Positions 49,358 through 61,117 of a stretch of 64,000 nt of DNA are shown in pieces. The DNA is from Vitrella brassicaformis CCMP3155. Taxonomy: Eukaryota > Protista > Chromerida. A program made the translations under genes and the position numbers. Numbering within the stretch: position 1 is the first letter of the stretch; each line of letters opens with the position of its first letter. The notes below the pieces were generated by a model. It had not been told where the DNA came from. It saw only the letters and a list, made by a program, of their open reading frames with translations, and made no database searches. The stretch is taken from positions 62,001 through 126,000 of the forward strand of contig CDMY01000247.1 in assembly GCA_001179505.1 (NCBI GenBank), read 5' to 3'.

Positions 49358-51609
49358 TCAACGTCCACCGCCCCCCAGGCGTCTCCTGACCCGACTTCCA
49401 TCAGGGGAATCGAGGGCAAAGTTGCTTGCGCTCCAGGAGTTGAGAGCGTTGACGGCATCGATCCCCTTACTGTCGACGAACCGGGCGAGGACGACGAGGT
49501 TTGCCTGCGCGTTCGACAGCTTTGGCGTCCACACTAGCCGCGTCAGCTGGAGGCCCTCGTTAAAGTATATGAAGAAACTGAGAGACAGACAGACACACCA
49601 GTAGTCCGTGCATCGTCATGCTTTGTCTAATGTGTGGCTACCCGGCTCCGGGCGTCGCACCCTTGTCGTTGACCACACCGGCAACTGCACGTACACACAC
49701 ACACAGAGCCACAAAGGACCCACATGAAAGCAGGCGCATGAAGTTGCCACGATGAAGTGACATCTCCCTCACTTTGAGTCGCCGCGGCTCGCGCATTGAA
49801 GGCGTCGGGCTGTCCATTGTCTGGGTTGGTGAGGACCCACAGGTTGGTGTTGGCAGGGATTGCATTGATATCCGTGGGACTGTCCCCCAGCCCGTCAGCA
49901 CCAACGAGAAACGCACTCACGAAATTGAGCCCAAAGACCCGAAAATCTTGGGGACTAAACAAAGACACGGAAAGGGAGGGACACATGCACATGAGGCACG
50001 TCGGACGGCATGCATCATCCATGTCTCCTCTTGTCTCATACCTGAAGACGATTGTGTCTGTGTCGAAACTGAAGTCAAAGATGGAATCCTCCTGTGCGTC
50101 GTCCAATCGGTCATCGACAGAGTAGAGGATTCTGTCGCTGCCGTCACCGGTGAGAATGAAATCCGTGTCACCGCCACCAATAAAGGTTTCACCGCTGCAC
50201 ACGGATACAAGGGGATCGAAACAGAGGGGCCATCATGTGTAGTGGCCTCAGCTACCTGTTGGTGCCGACTAAGACATCAGATAGACTGGACCCGAGCACA
50301 AGTGAGTTGGCGGGAAAACGCACACGACCTGATGGATGCACCGAAAAACCCAAATGGACATGGCGTAGGTAAGTCAGCTGACCGTACCAACAGCGAAGTT
50401 GTCCGCCACATAGCTATCAGCATCGCTGATGGCGCTGTTGATGTTGTCAGCGGTCTCGTCGCATCGTCCGGCTGCGATCGCCGCAGCGGCACCCTCAGCG
50501 CATGTAGAGTAGTCCCTGCAGAAATGCAATCGACCCCACCACACACGTCGTGACGTCATGAATGAATCTGTCGGGTGTGACCTACCTCATCAGGATCTTC
50601 AGATCGGAGGCCGAGTCTGCCAGGTTGCTGCTATAGACAAGGCGATTCAGGTTGAGGCCACCCGTGGCGCGATCTTCGTCCGCAGTGTTGACGTTGGTGT
50701 AGAGGAAGACTCCAGGCACAAAATCATCTTCACTACCGTAGTTTGCGGCAATCTGGCCCACAACACAAGAGACAAACAGCCATTTGCTCGGCGACTGTCT
50801 GCTGTGGCAGAGGTCAATCGATGTTTTGTCTTTGCCTATCTCACTCACCACGCTTGCAGCGGCTCCGGCGTTGAACTGAATGGCACACACAACACACAGG
50901 AGCGCTCGTCATAGCATCCTTTTCGTGTTGCTGGCTGTATTGCACCAAAGGTATCTGCAAAGGATCCCCTTGAGGCCCAACAAGGACAATGAAGTTTGCG
51001 CGAACCTGAAGGAGAGACATGGACATGGTATAGGTCGCCGCTTCATATGTTCTTGTACATCGCAGGCATCTCCGGGGCTTTGGAAGGACGTGAAGCCGTC
51101 TTGCAGGCGGAAAGTAGGCACACTGCTATCGTCGACCAGCACCTGCACCTTGCAGAAGCGAACCTGAAACGATGACATCACTCCCGCCACAGGAGAAGAA
51201 CGCTCATCCGTACGGATGGGGGCGATTGCCAGTGGGTGCGTAGTGTGTTCACCGCTGGTTCGATATTGAAATCTGGGCCGGAGAAGAACCAAATGTCCCC
51301 TCCAGTCCCCGCATCAAAGTCAGTGACGATGTCCTCATTCGCTACGACCTGTCTTCCCGGCGGAGTCACATCACCGTCCGCGAATGGTTCTCCAGAGAAA
51401 GCCACGCGATCCACATCCCCAATCCCCTCTTGGCCAGTGCTGATGGTGTCTTGGCCACCGAGCGGAACGAAGACGTCGTTTGAGGAGCCGACGAGATTGT
51501 CGTCGTTGTTGGTTCCCACGATCAGCAAGTCTGATGGAGGCCCCTGGCAGGAGGCTCCTTGGAAGAGAGCGAGCACAAGACACAGCAGCCTCATTCCCCG
51601 GTGCCACAT
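49358..51609 (-). CDS. Secreted acidic protein with two copies of an RTX/hemolysin-type Ca-binding-associated domain
   Basis: Signal peptide MRLLCLVLALFQGASCQ; GTNNDDNLVG, GGQDTISTG, EDIVTDFD; internal duplication FNAGAAA..GVFLYTN..LNRLVYSSNLADSASDLKILMR vs FNARAAA..GFFIYFNEGLQLTRLVWTPKLSNAQANLVVLAR; stop 49358-49360. Confidence 0.75.
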
Positions 51610-51982
51610 TTTGGCAGCGCCCCGCCTATGTGATGGCCTCAGCACCTGCACACACAAAAGCCACCATTGGGCACACGACCACTTCTTTCTTTCCTTGGTT
51701 CTATACCCCTCCTTGCGAGCACTCGGCCTCACCCCTCCGTCGACGGCCCTCCTTGAGGCGTACAGTGTGGAGCTTTCTAACGGCCGCGACGAAATTGAAT
51801 TTTACACAACAAGAAAGGAAGCACGGACGGAGGGGGGCGTATAAAAGACCAATTTTTGCCAGAAACCCAAGAGAATGGACACCATCGCACCGTTATTACG
51901 TATCGGGCTAGGGTCGTTCTGTTCGTCAAACCCATGAAAGAGGGGCCTGCCTCTTTTTTCCGACAAGCCGCCGTTCTCAATC

Positions 51983-53007
51983 ATGTCAGAGGAGTCGGCG
52001 CTGCGGCCGCCGTTGCGATTTGAGAGGTCCACTTTCCTTTTCTCTGCCACGCGGCAGCTACCGCCCTTATCCCCCGATGACAGTGCTGATCCTGAGGCCT
52101 GCGGTGCTCATGGCAACGCTGCGGAGGAGAATGAGCCTGCGGATGATGTGGAGAAACGGCTGGCCGCGTTGGATAAGCTGGAGAAGGAGCTGGAGCGGGA
52201 TTTGCAGAGGTTGGACATGCTGAGCCTGGCGCGGCCACCGCCTGCTCTCAGGGAGGACCAGGGGCATGTACCGAAGCCTGCTGTACCACAAACGGCACTC
52301 AGAAGGGGTAACAAGGAAATGAATAACATGTGCAGTGCATGTGTTTCTGTGCGCAGGTTCGGTTCCACCTGTGCGTAGACAGGCCGTTGTGAAGAGCCGG
52401 GCTGTGAGGTGCCAGGAATGGAAAGCCAAAGACGACGAAACGCAAGCTTCAACCGTACGCACCTTTCCTTTATATGAATGAGAACATCAGACAGAATCGA
52501 GATGAATGAAATTCGTTGTATCACTGCTGTGAACTGATGCAGGTACCCGCCCTCCCGGCCTCTTCCCCTTCGCTGAAGAGGCGTCCTCCTCTCCCGTCGT
52601 CCGCTCACCGCAGCCGCAGCATGAATCGCTCGTCGTCAGCTGGGGCACTCCATACGTTGAACAGCCAGAAGAGCAGCGCAACGCTCATTGGCGTCCGGGC
52701 GCTTTCACCCGACCTGTCGTCGGTCGCGTCGAGCGCATCCCCGCGTATCACTGCCGGTGGTGTGGGGCTGCCGACCGCCCCCCCTCGTTCGTTGCCACTT
52801 GCTGCTCGACGACCGGATCCCCCTCTTGCCTTCAGCCCCTGCCACGACACGAGGGAGGGACCGTGTGGTTGTCGCGTCTGTGCGCTCAAGAAGCAGCAGA
52901 GGCGGAGGGAGGCGTTCAGGTCTGCGTGTCGGGAGGCGTTGGAGAAGGTGGCCACGCTTAGACGGCAGCGGGAGGCGAGCAAGGCACAGAGGGACAGGGA
53001 CCGATAG
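51983..53007 (+). CDS. Hypothetical protein with coiled-coil segments (about 3 exons)
   Basis: ATG 51983; DVEKRLAALDKLEKELERDLQRL; last exon with CGCRVC and basic helix; GT-AG introns at ~52308 and ~52455. Confidence 0.5.
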
Positions 53008-53311
53008 CTAGGGACGGACAGTCGTACCCGTGTGAAGGTGCATTTGTACGTGTATGGACGCTTTGTTCATCTGGTTGTGATCTTACAAGAAATAAATCTT
53101 GCCGGGGTTTTGGACATATGTAGTCCCCGATCCAAAAGAGTCTTGACACGAAGGTCTGTCATACACGCGGTCGGTATCCACATCACTGTACACCAGAATC
53201 GTCCGCTCTCCCCTTCACGATCAGAGTCAATTCACCCTAGCTTCAGTCGTTTTCTCAGCTGTTTAGAGGAAGTGAAGCCTTGAAATGACTGCCCTGCACA
53301 CACACACATGG

Positions 53312-53963
53312 CTAGTTTGGCATGTACGGATGCCCGCATGTTCTCCCTTCCTTCCAGCAATTTGCCCTTCCGACTGACTCACAGTAGTTGCTCCCGCCTC
53401 GTCTGCTTGGCTTGTTCCCAGGCTGCCTGTTTGTTGGCAGTGGCAAGGGATCCCGTGTCGATGATGCGCTGCCCGACGGCGGACTCCCACGCTTGCTGGT
53501 CCCTCCGGAAGCGGCCGAGCCGTCCCCAGCATTCGAACGACGGGCATCTCGTAACCCTGTGGGTGTAGTGGTCTCCCTTTCGTCGTGCGATTGGCCTCGC
53601 GGCGCGGCGGCCTCCGACTTGGCCTCCGACTTGGCCACTTTGCTGGCTTCTTCTTTCCACAAGTCATCGAAAATCCTGCAAAATAGATAGCATTCAGATA
53701 CCCGTTCCATGATCGGCACTTGTGCGTGCATGTGCTGCGCGTACCGGACGACGAGAGAGAGCGGGAGAGGCACAGGGAAGGATGGGAAAGGGGGCTGGGA
53801 CACCTGTGCGTGGATGCGAGCAGAGCAAAGCACAGGCTGAGGGAGAGGATAATGAAAGGCGTGTGCTCACTTGCAGCATTTTCTTGAGCAGGAGCTGAGA
53901 CTTCGGAGGCAGTGAAAACCGACCGCTGTTTGTTGACGACTCTCCTGATGAGAACAGAAGCAT
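53312..53963 (-). CDS. Possible small hypothetical protein
   Basis: In-frame splice path SQLLLKKMLQ|VSQPPFP..VPIMER|IFDDLWKEEASK..; no recognisable domain; start uncertain. Confidence 0.35.
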
Positions 53964-54959
53964 ACACGTCTTCCGTAGATCCGTATCTGTTTGCACCTGC
54001 GCCTGACAGCCAGGCGTCCCTCGCAACGGCCCATCTCACTGACCGCATCCGCCCTACAGATCAGATAGATCACACATCTGCTGCGGTGTGCATTTCCTGC
54101 GTTTCCTGGAGTCCGCAGCGGAGTTTCGGGCTACAGTACCTCCCCGCTTATTTTTGATGTCACTCACGAACTGACGGTAAAGACTTATTTGTTACGGGGT
54201 GCGGCGGCAGTAGGCGGCAGCACAAATTTCCCTTGCATTTGTCAGAAACTAACGTTGTTTCCAAGCATCCTTTCGCATGTCTCAGTAAAAACAGGGTTGT
54301 TCTGAGTTACACACGCGCTCATACAGTGTCAGATGGGTCTGAGAGTATGGCACAAGATGGTTGTACTTACGAGACGACAGATGCAAGGCCCAGCTCCATT
54401 ATCCCCTCCCACATGTCTCCTCCGCTCCACAGGAGACAAATAAACCGGGGCGGGAGACGCATGCATATCGAAGACACGCAGATAAGCAGCAGAATCACAG
54501 CAGACAACGCATGGAGATGTGGGTGAAAACCATGCGAGTAGCATGATCCATCTGACACGAATCCATTGGCCTTCCCTTCCCACCCCGACAACGCTGTTAA
54601 TTAGCCCGGCCTGGCTTCGCTTGCTTCTCAGCCCTTTGGCCACAGAGGACAGCCAGGGAGACACACACGCACGCACCTGTGATGTACCGACGGTCAGACA
54701 GGTGGAAAGATACAAATGGAAGTACAAGTATATGTATGGATAAAGACACAGGTATTAGATAAATATGCAGGCGCTGCTTTCGAACACTGTACAATAAGTC
54801 GCAAAACCGGATGTCTCTAGTGAATACCACCTGAGTGACACCTACCTGGCAAAACGAGTGGTGTACGTACACAGAAAAAGCATACTGCACAATGGGATTC
54901 ACAGACTGACCAACCGAGTGGCAGGATCCACGTGGCTGTCAGCTCTGCCGACTCTTCTG

Positions 54960-56327
54960 TCACTTGCTCGCCAGAAACTCACTCTGCGCAGGGGAGGGGA
55001 CCTCAACTGCGCGCACACAAGACAAAACCGACACATAAGCAAAAGGGTGTGTGCACTCACGTGCCCGTTGCCCCGGCTTACATCCGATTTCGATGTCCTT
55101 GCCCTCGATGTCTCCGTTGAAGGGGGTGGCCGCCAAAGTGAAGGTGCCCGGCCCCGCGATGGAGTCACGTGCCCCCTTCGCGAAAGCACTCGACTCGTCA
55201 CCATCCGCACTCGCCGAAGACTTGCCCGCCGTGCCGAAGGCCGTGAATCTGCCCTCTGTGCCCTTGGTGGCCTTCTCGAGATAGGGAGGGTCTCTGTGCA
55301 CCACCCACACATACAGGCCACATGAGTCGATGCCGTGTGTTGGATGTGTGTGTGGGTGGGCTGACCTGAATGTGTCCCAATCGATGAAGACACCCTTGGC
55401 CTGAACGAAGCAACACACACACAGGGACAGACGGAGAGGCGATGTGTGTGTGTGTGTGTGTGTGTGAGTGGTGTAGATGTACGCACATCAAAGAGGAGGA
55501 ACTGGACGGCCGTGACGCAGGCCGACTCGGGGACGGCCGTGAAGGTGAAGTCCACACCCATCTCAGCGGGGACAACGAAACCAGTCATGCTGTCCTTGAT
55601 GAGCTCGTGGCCCTCCGGCTGGGAGGGCTTCCTCACATCCACGAGGCGGAAGCCGGCCAGAGACGGAGTGACATCTGCAGACAGAGAGCGGCCATCAACA
55701 GAGACAGGGACACAAACAACGCAGGCAAAGGAATTGGTGTTCCATGCTTCAGCCCCTCTTACTTGTGCATCCTGCTCGTCGAATGAAAGACAACATAGAC
55801 ACGACAAAGCTCAATGCACGCAAGTCTTTCCTTTTCTTGCCGTTTGTCTGAGTGGCCATACCTTTTCTTGTAGCATGGGCCTCGTTCACCTTCAAGACCA
55901 CATTCTCCAGCACGTTACTCGGCACATCTGGTATGACACAACACGACACGACACGACACGACACGAGGCAAAATCGTCAGTGCCCACCTGGTGCGTCATC
56001 CATCCGTACCTGCACGGAATGCTGCTTCAGGCTCCTCTGTGAAGGGCTCCTCGGTCGCGGCGACATCCGGATCCTCTGTTGTGAAGGGCTCTTCAGCCAG
56101 GTCAGGGTCCTCCGTGGGCTCTGCATGTGGACCATACAGAAGTGGCGACACAGACATCTTGTGGTGTACGGCGCTCTCCCCTGCTCACCTTCGGTCGTGC
56201 CGACATCGATGTCGTCTGGGTCAGCTGTCGTGCCGACTTCTATGTCGTCTTGCGCCCAGGCAAACGAGGCGAAGCTCAGCAACGCAAGAAGGAAGAGAGC
56301 GGTGAGAGAGAGAACTCGGGACTGCAT
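54960..56327 (-). CDS. Secreted protein, paralog A (acidic T/E/P repeats + conserved C-terminal domain)
   Basis: Signal peptide MQSRVLSLTALFLLALLSFASFAWAQ; VTPSLAGFRLVDV..DFTFTAVPESACVTAVQFLLFD|AKGVFIDWDTFR|..GTFTLAATPF..|FEVPSPAQSEFLASK*. Confidence 0.75.
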
Positions 56328-57018
56328 GACGGGTAAAAAGGGCAGAAAAGGGAGAAGGGGAGGAGAAGAAGTGCTTGAAGCGGCTTCTCGTGCGCCACAG
56401 AAACAACTAGCACGGAAACGGTGCGTACACTTTTGGCCAACGGCGCAGGCAGTCGAGAAGAACGCAAAGTGTGATGACCAGTACAAGGGATGCGGGTCCA
56501 TGGACCAATCGTTCGGCGTCGCGTCCGTCTTGACGTCCATTTCTCCGTCAAATACCTCAGTTGAAATAAAGATCTGCCGGAAAGCTGAACGGGAATGCAA
56601 CAATTAATGCAACGCAAGAGAAAATTAGATGGCCGAGGCGCTCAGGTTGTGGGATGCATGCATGCTCAAGTCCCGGAGGACAAAGCGGAAGCGTACGTGC
56701 CTGGCGCTCTTTGGTGGCTGTCAAAACAAACGCTCTGTTTAGTGCAGCACAGTACGGCCCAGGCAGCCTCTGCTCAAAAAGCCCCGCTGTACAGTGTTCT
56801 CGCTACCCAACTACTCACACGCCACAGCCCCTCCATCTGCAGCCCCTGCCCCTACTACACTCTGTCGCTGGTTCGCTTGTCTCTCATCTGCAGCCCTTCC
56901 GTCACAGGACCGCTTTGGCGCTTGAACACACGCCACATGCATCCGACAGAAACACTGAACAACGCGATGACCGCCCACGCTAGCAGCCAGCCATTCCACT
57001 CTCGCCTTTGTGGGCCTT

Positions 57019-58721
57019 CTAGTCATAAGGAGGACGGAATTGGCTCGCTTGAATGGATGATGAGCCGTCCTCCATCCTGACCCAGGTCTTGGTGCGCGTG
57101 AAAGAGGGGTCTGATAGGTCGATTTGCAGAAGGCGCGCCCCTCTCGCCCACTTCCCATAGCCGCCATATCCAGTGTGCCGGCCAAAGCAGAGCATGATTG
57201 AAGAGCTGACACAGAAGGAAGATCATCCCATCAGATGTTCGACTCGTTCGGGAGTGCAGCACTCACCCCCGCGGAGCGCTGCTGTCTGTGGTCTCCTCGC
57301 GCAGCGTCACCTCACCGCGGAGAAAGGGTCCAGATGTGTTTGCAGGACTCAGTGAAGACGGCTGCTGGGGCGTCGTCAGCTCAATGGGGCAGCAGTAGTC
57401 ATTGCCTGCACAACACAGAAAATGCACATGCGTGTGATGCGGCGGGCTGCTTCTGCTCCTCGACACACTCACCGTGATCATGGCCCACGAAAATGTACTG
57501 CACGTGTGCTGCCACTGCTGCGGCAAACACGCCCGTGTCGACCTCTGTTGGATTGATTTCGTCGTCGATCATGCCGAAACACCTGTCAAATCCGCACAGT
57601 GGCCTCCCTCCCCTGGATGCGTCTGTCCTTCGCTCACTTACCGTGGCCCGAGTGTGTTTGGGGTGCTGTAGGTATATTCCTTGCAAGGAATGTGCATGTA
57701 CAGAAAGGCCGGCAGCACCCCGTACCTCTCCTCCATCTCTCGTGCCTTTGCTGAGAACCACCTCACTTGGTCCTCCTGCATCCATCGACAAAGCACCAGC
57801 TCACTGTGCCACCGATATCATCCACGCATCTCCCTTGAGCATACCCGTATGATCTCCTTGATCGATCCGCCCCCACTGTCAAGAAACCACAAGAGAGCTG
57901 CCGGCTGACCCCTTGCAGCATCAATATCACTCCGATACACCTCGAGCACATAGTTAGTGACTCCACCGGCCATGCTGCTGACGAACATCGACTCAGTGAG
58001 GGACCCAGGAAGCGACATGTCGTACTGCAGAAGTGCCATCCTGCGCGACAGATCATCGTGGGGTGGGTGTCGAAACGGCTCATCAGAATCGTCATGATTG
58101 CCAAACACCATGGCGAAGGGCTTGTTGTGGCGTCGCACAGGGCCCGTCAGCATGTCCCAGTAGCGCGTCGCATTCTGCCGATACGTGGTGATCTGGTCGC
58201 CAGTGAATACAACCAAATCAGCCTGGTCTTCAAGAGCCAGAATGGTGTCCATCACGGCAACGCTCTTGCGGTCCTGGGATGGCCCCCACCACAGTGATGG
58301 CTGCTCGTCGAAATGCAGATCTGCACACAAACGACACAAAACCATCATCACATCAGGATGCACACCCCTGCATACCATGCCTAAGTCATCACCTGCGAAC
58401 TGGACGATTGTGAATTTTCCGTCTGATTGTGCCACCAGCGGCCTGCGGACGTGACTGAGCTCTTCTCGTTCGTCAGCATCAGATGCCTGAGAGGAACATC
58501 AGCCAGGCACACCACAGCGACAGGCAGATGCAGCTTGGCGTTTGTCCTGGAGGTGCGCCTTTTGCTTGCGTGCATACCCCGCGCTGTATCGCCTCCATTG
58601 CTCCTCGTTCTTCGGCGACACCTGCTCTCTCATCCTGCAGACGTCGGGGCGTGCTCAGGCGGGGCGCCTCGCCACTTGCGCATGCCACAAGGGAGAGCAG
58701 TGACACAAGACCAAGGCTCAT
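57019..58721 (-). CDS. Calcineurin-like metallophosphoesterase (DCR2 / plant PAP14-16-like) with signal peptide
   Basis: FTIVQFA|DLHF, FTGDQI, FGNHD, FLDSGGG, MHIP, VGHDH|[30 protein letters not shown]. Confidence 0.9.
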
Positions 58722-59624
58722 GATGAAGGTTGACGGGCCAAAAGCGAGGACGAAATAGGACGGAATACTAGGAGCGGATGAGTGTGCTGTGAAGCAATGA
58801 TTTTCTCTTCAATTTTTGTCATCATCGATGTGTATGTGCTTTGTATCAGCGGGTCCGTATTCTGTGCGCATAGCTACAGAGTCGAAAGCAGATGCGTATA
58901 CCAGAGACAGCGAGACTATAAGTATGAACATGTATCCCTTCTGCACATGCACATGAACGCGTCATGATCATCTGGCTGCCGGCCATTTTTGGCGGCAAGA
59001 AACAAGCGGCGAGAGGCACACGACCAGCTGATACAGTGGCACAAAAAGTGCTACACACGAGCCTTCCAACAACAACGAAAAGCCCCATGAGGTAGAGACG
59101 CCAGTTTGTATGCACGTCACGGTGCACACTACACAAATACTGACTTATGCAGGAACGAATGCACAAATACAGATGTCAGATCTACCGACCATGTAATCTA
59201 CTACAAGTACGACATACATACATTTCTGCAACTAACCGCTGCATGCCGACCTTTCTCTATCTATCAGAGGAAAGTACGAAAGAAGAGAGAAGGAGAGAAA
59301 AAAAGGCATGGCAAAATATGCAGAAAGCGAACATCCATATGGAGGAGCTCCCACATACTGAATGTGTGTATCATCATGCACACGGGCAGACAGCAGGTGC
59401 TGGGAGGCGCATCGCGTCATGGCTGGCTGTACACAGCAACCGCCCTCATACGAGCATCCTTGATGCTGACATTCCTGTGCGGCCATGACATGCAGAAACC
59501 ACAAGCAGACCGTCATCATGTCATACGTGCAAAGAATATGGACGTCACTGGCCAAAAGCGGCGGGTAGAAATGGGGTACACCCCCAGAGAAGCAGGTCCG
59601 TCCTCCTCATCTGCAGTCAGCGGG

Positions 59625-60833
59625 CTAGTTGTTTTCGAGAAATGCAGTCTTCTGCGTAGTGGGCACGCTGACTGTGAATGTCCACAGACACGCAACACAA
59701 AAGAGAAGAGCGCTGGGTCAGTGTCCTTCCCTGGGTGTGTGACACATCAAGGGCTTACATGTGATCTCGATGTCCTTGCCCTCGGACTCTCCGCTGAAGG
59801 GGATGGCGGCCAATATGAAGGTGCCCGGCCCCTTGAGAGCCTCTCGAGCGCCCCTGGCGAAGGCACCCGTCTGCCCGTTGCTGCCACCCGGCGATGGGGA
59901 CGTGGGTGCCGCGCCGAAGGCCTTGAAGGCATTCCTGCCATCCTTGTTGCCCTTGTTGACCTTCTCGAGATAGGGCGGCTCTCTACACGCACAACATGGG
60001 CACGCCACAGACGGGAAATAATGCCTTGGTGTGTCGGGTGTGGCATGTGTGTGCCTGGCTGACCTGAATGTGTCCCAATCGATGAAGACACCCTTGTTGT
60101 CGAAGAGGAGGAATTGGACGGCCGTGACGCAGGCCGACTCGGGGACGGCCGTGAAGGTAAAGTCCATACCCATCTCAGCGGGCACCACAATGTCGGTCGT
60201 GTTGTCCTTTATCATCTTGGCGCTGCCCTCGGCCTTTGGGCTCTTCACGTCCACCAAGTGGAAGCCGGCAAGAGACGGAGTGACACCTAGAGATAGCGAC
60301 AGTGCACCGACAGACGGGAACCAATGCAGGATAAACGTGATTGGGTAGGGATTCCAAGTGACGCACCTTTGCATTCTGTCGTGGCGTGTTGATACCAACA
60401 GATGACACCGCACGCGCACAGCAGCAGTGCCAAACGATCCTCGACTATGCTTTTCGTATGCACGTGCGCGTACCTTCGCTTATCGATAGGGCGTCTTCCT
60501 GCATCTGCAAAGCCACATCCTCGATGACGTAGTCAGGCACTTGATATTCTGACAAAAGACATGAGGAACAAGTGCACGGACCATAAGCAGACAGTGAGGG
60601 TGGTGCTCACGGCCTCCATTGATGGTGATGATGAGGTCGCCGCCGATGCCTATGTTGCTGATGTTGAGGTCCACATCCGGCCCGCCTGGCTGGCTCGGCA
60701 CGTCGACAATGACGTCGGTTGGCTCCACCGTTGGTTCTTGCTCCTCCCAGTCCTCCTTTGCGAAGGCCGGGACGAGCTCCAGCGACGCGAGGAAGAGAAG
60801 CGCAGCGAAAGAGAGCACTCGGGACTGCATCAT
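59625..60833 (-). CDS. Secreted protein, paralog B of 54960-56327
   Basis: MMQSRVLSFAALLFLASLELVPAFA; VTPSLAGFHLVDV..TAVQFLLFDNKGVFIDWDTFR|EPPYLEK..GTFILAAIPF..|FSVPTTQKTAFLENN*. Confidence 0.75.
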
Positions 60834-61117
60834 CGATGGCTGTTGGTGGCTGGCACGCGGCGAAGAAAAGAGGGAGGGATGAGTTGAAGGGGGAGAGAAG
60901 GCAGGAGAAGAAAGGCAAAGCTCGAGTCGGGCAGCCAAAATGTGCTGTAATCTCCGTACTCAACGGCGCATGTCATCCTCGCCGACTCTAGCCAATATTT
61001 ACTGTGCGGCCGTCTTTGCGATGCGCTTTTTTCTTTTTCGCCGCAGCCGCCATTCTCCTGGAAAGAAGCTGCTGCCTTCATCATTACCACCAACCTTCTC
61101 TCGAAGAAAGGTGAACC

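Noticed and set aside
59106-60062. 318-aa + strand ORF
   Set aside because: Antisense to secreted paralog B and its 3' UTR; no protein-like features.
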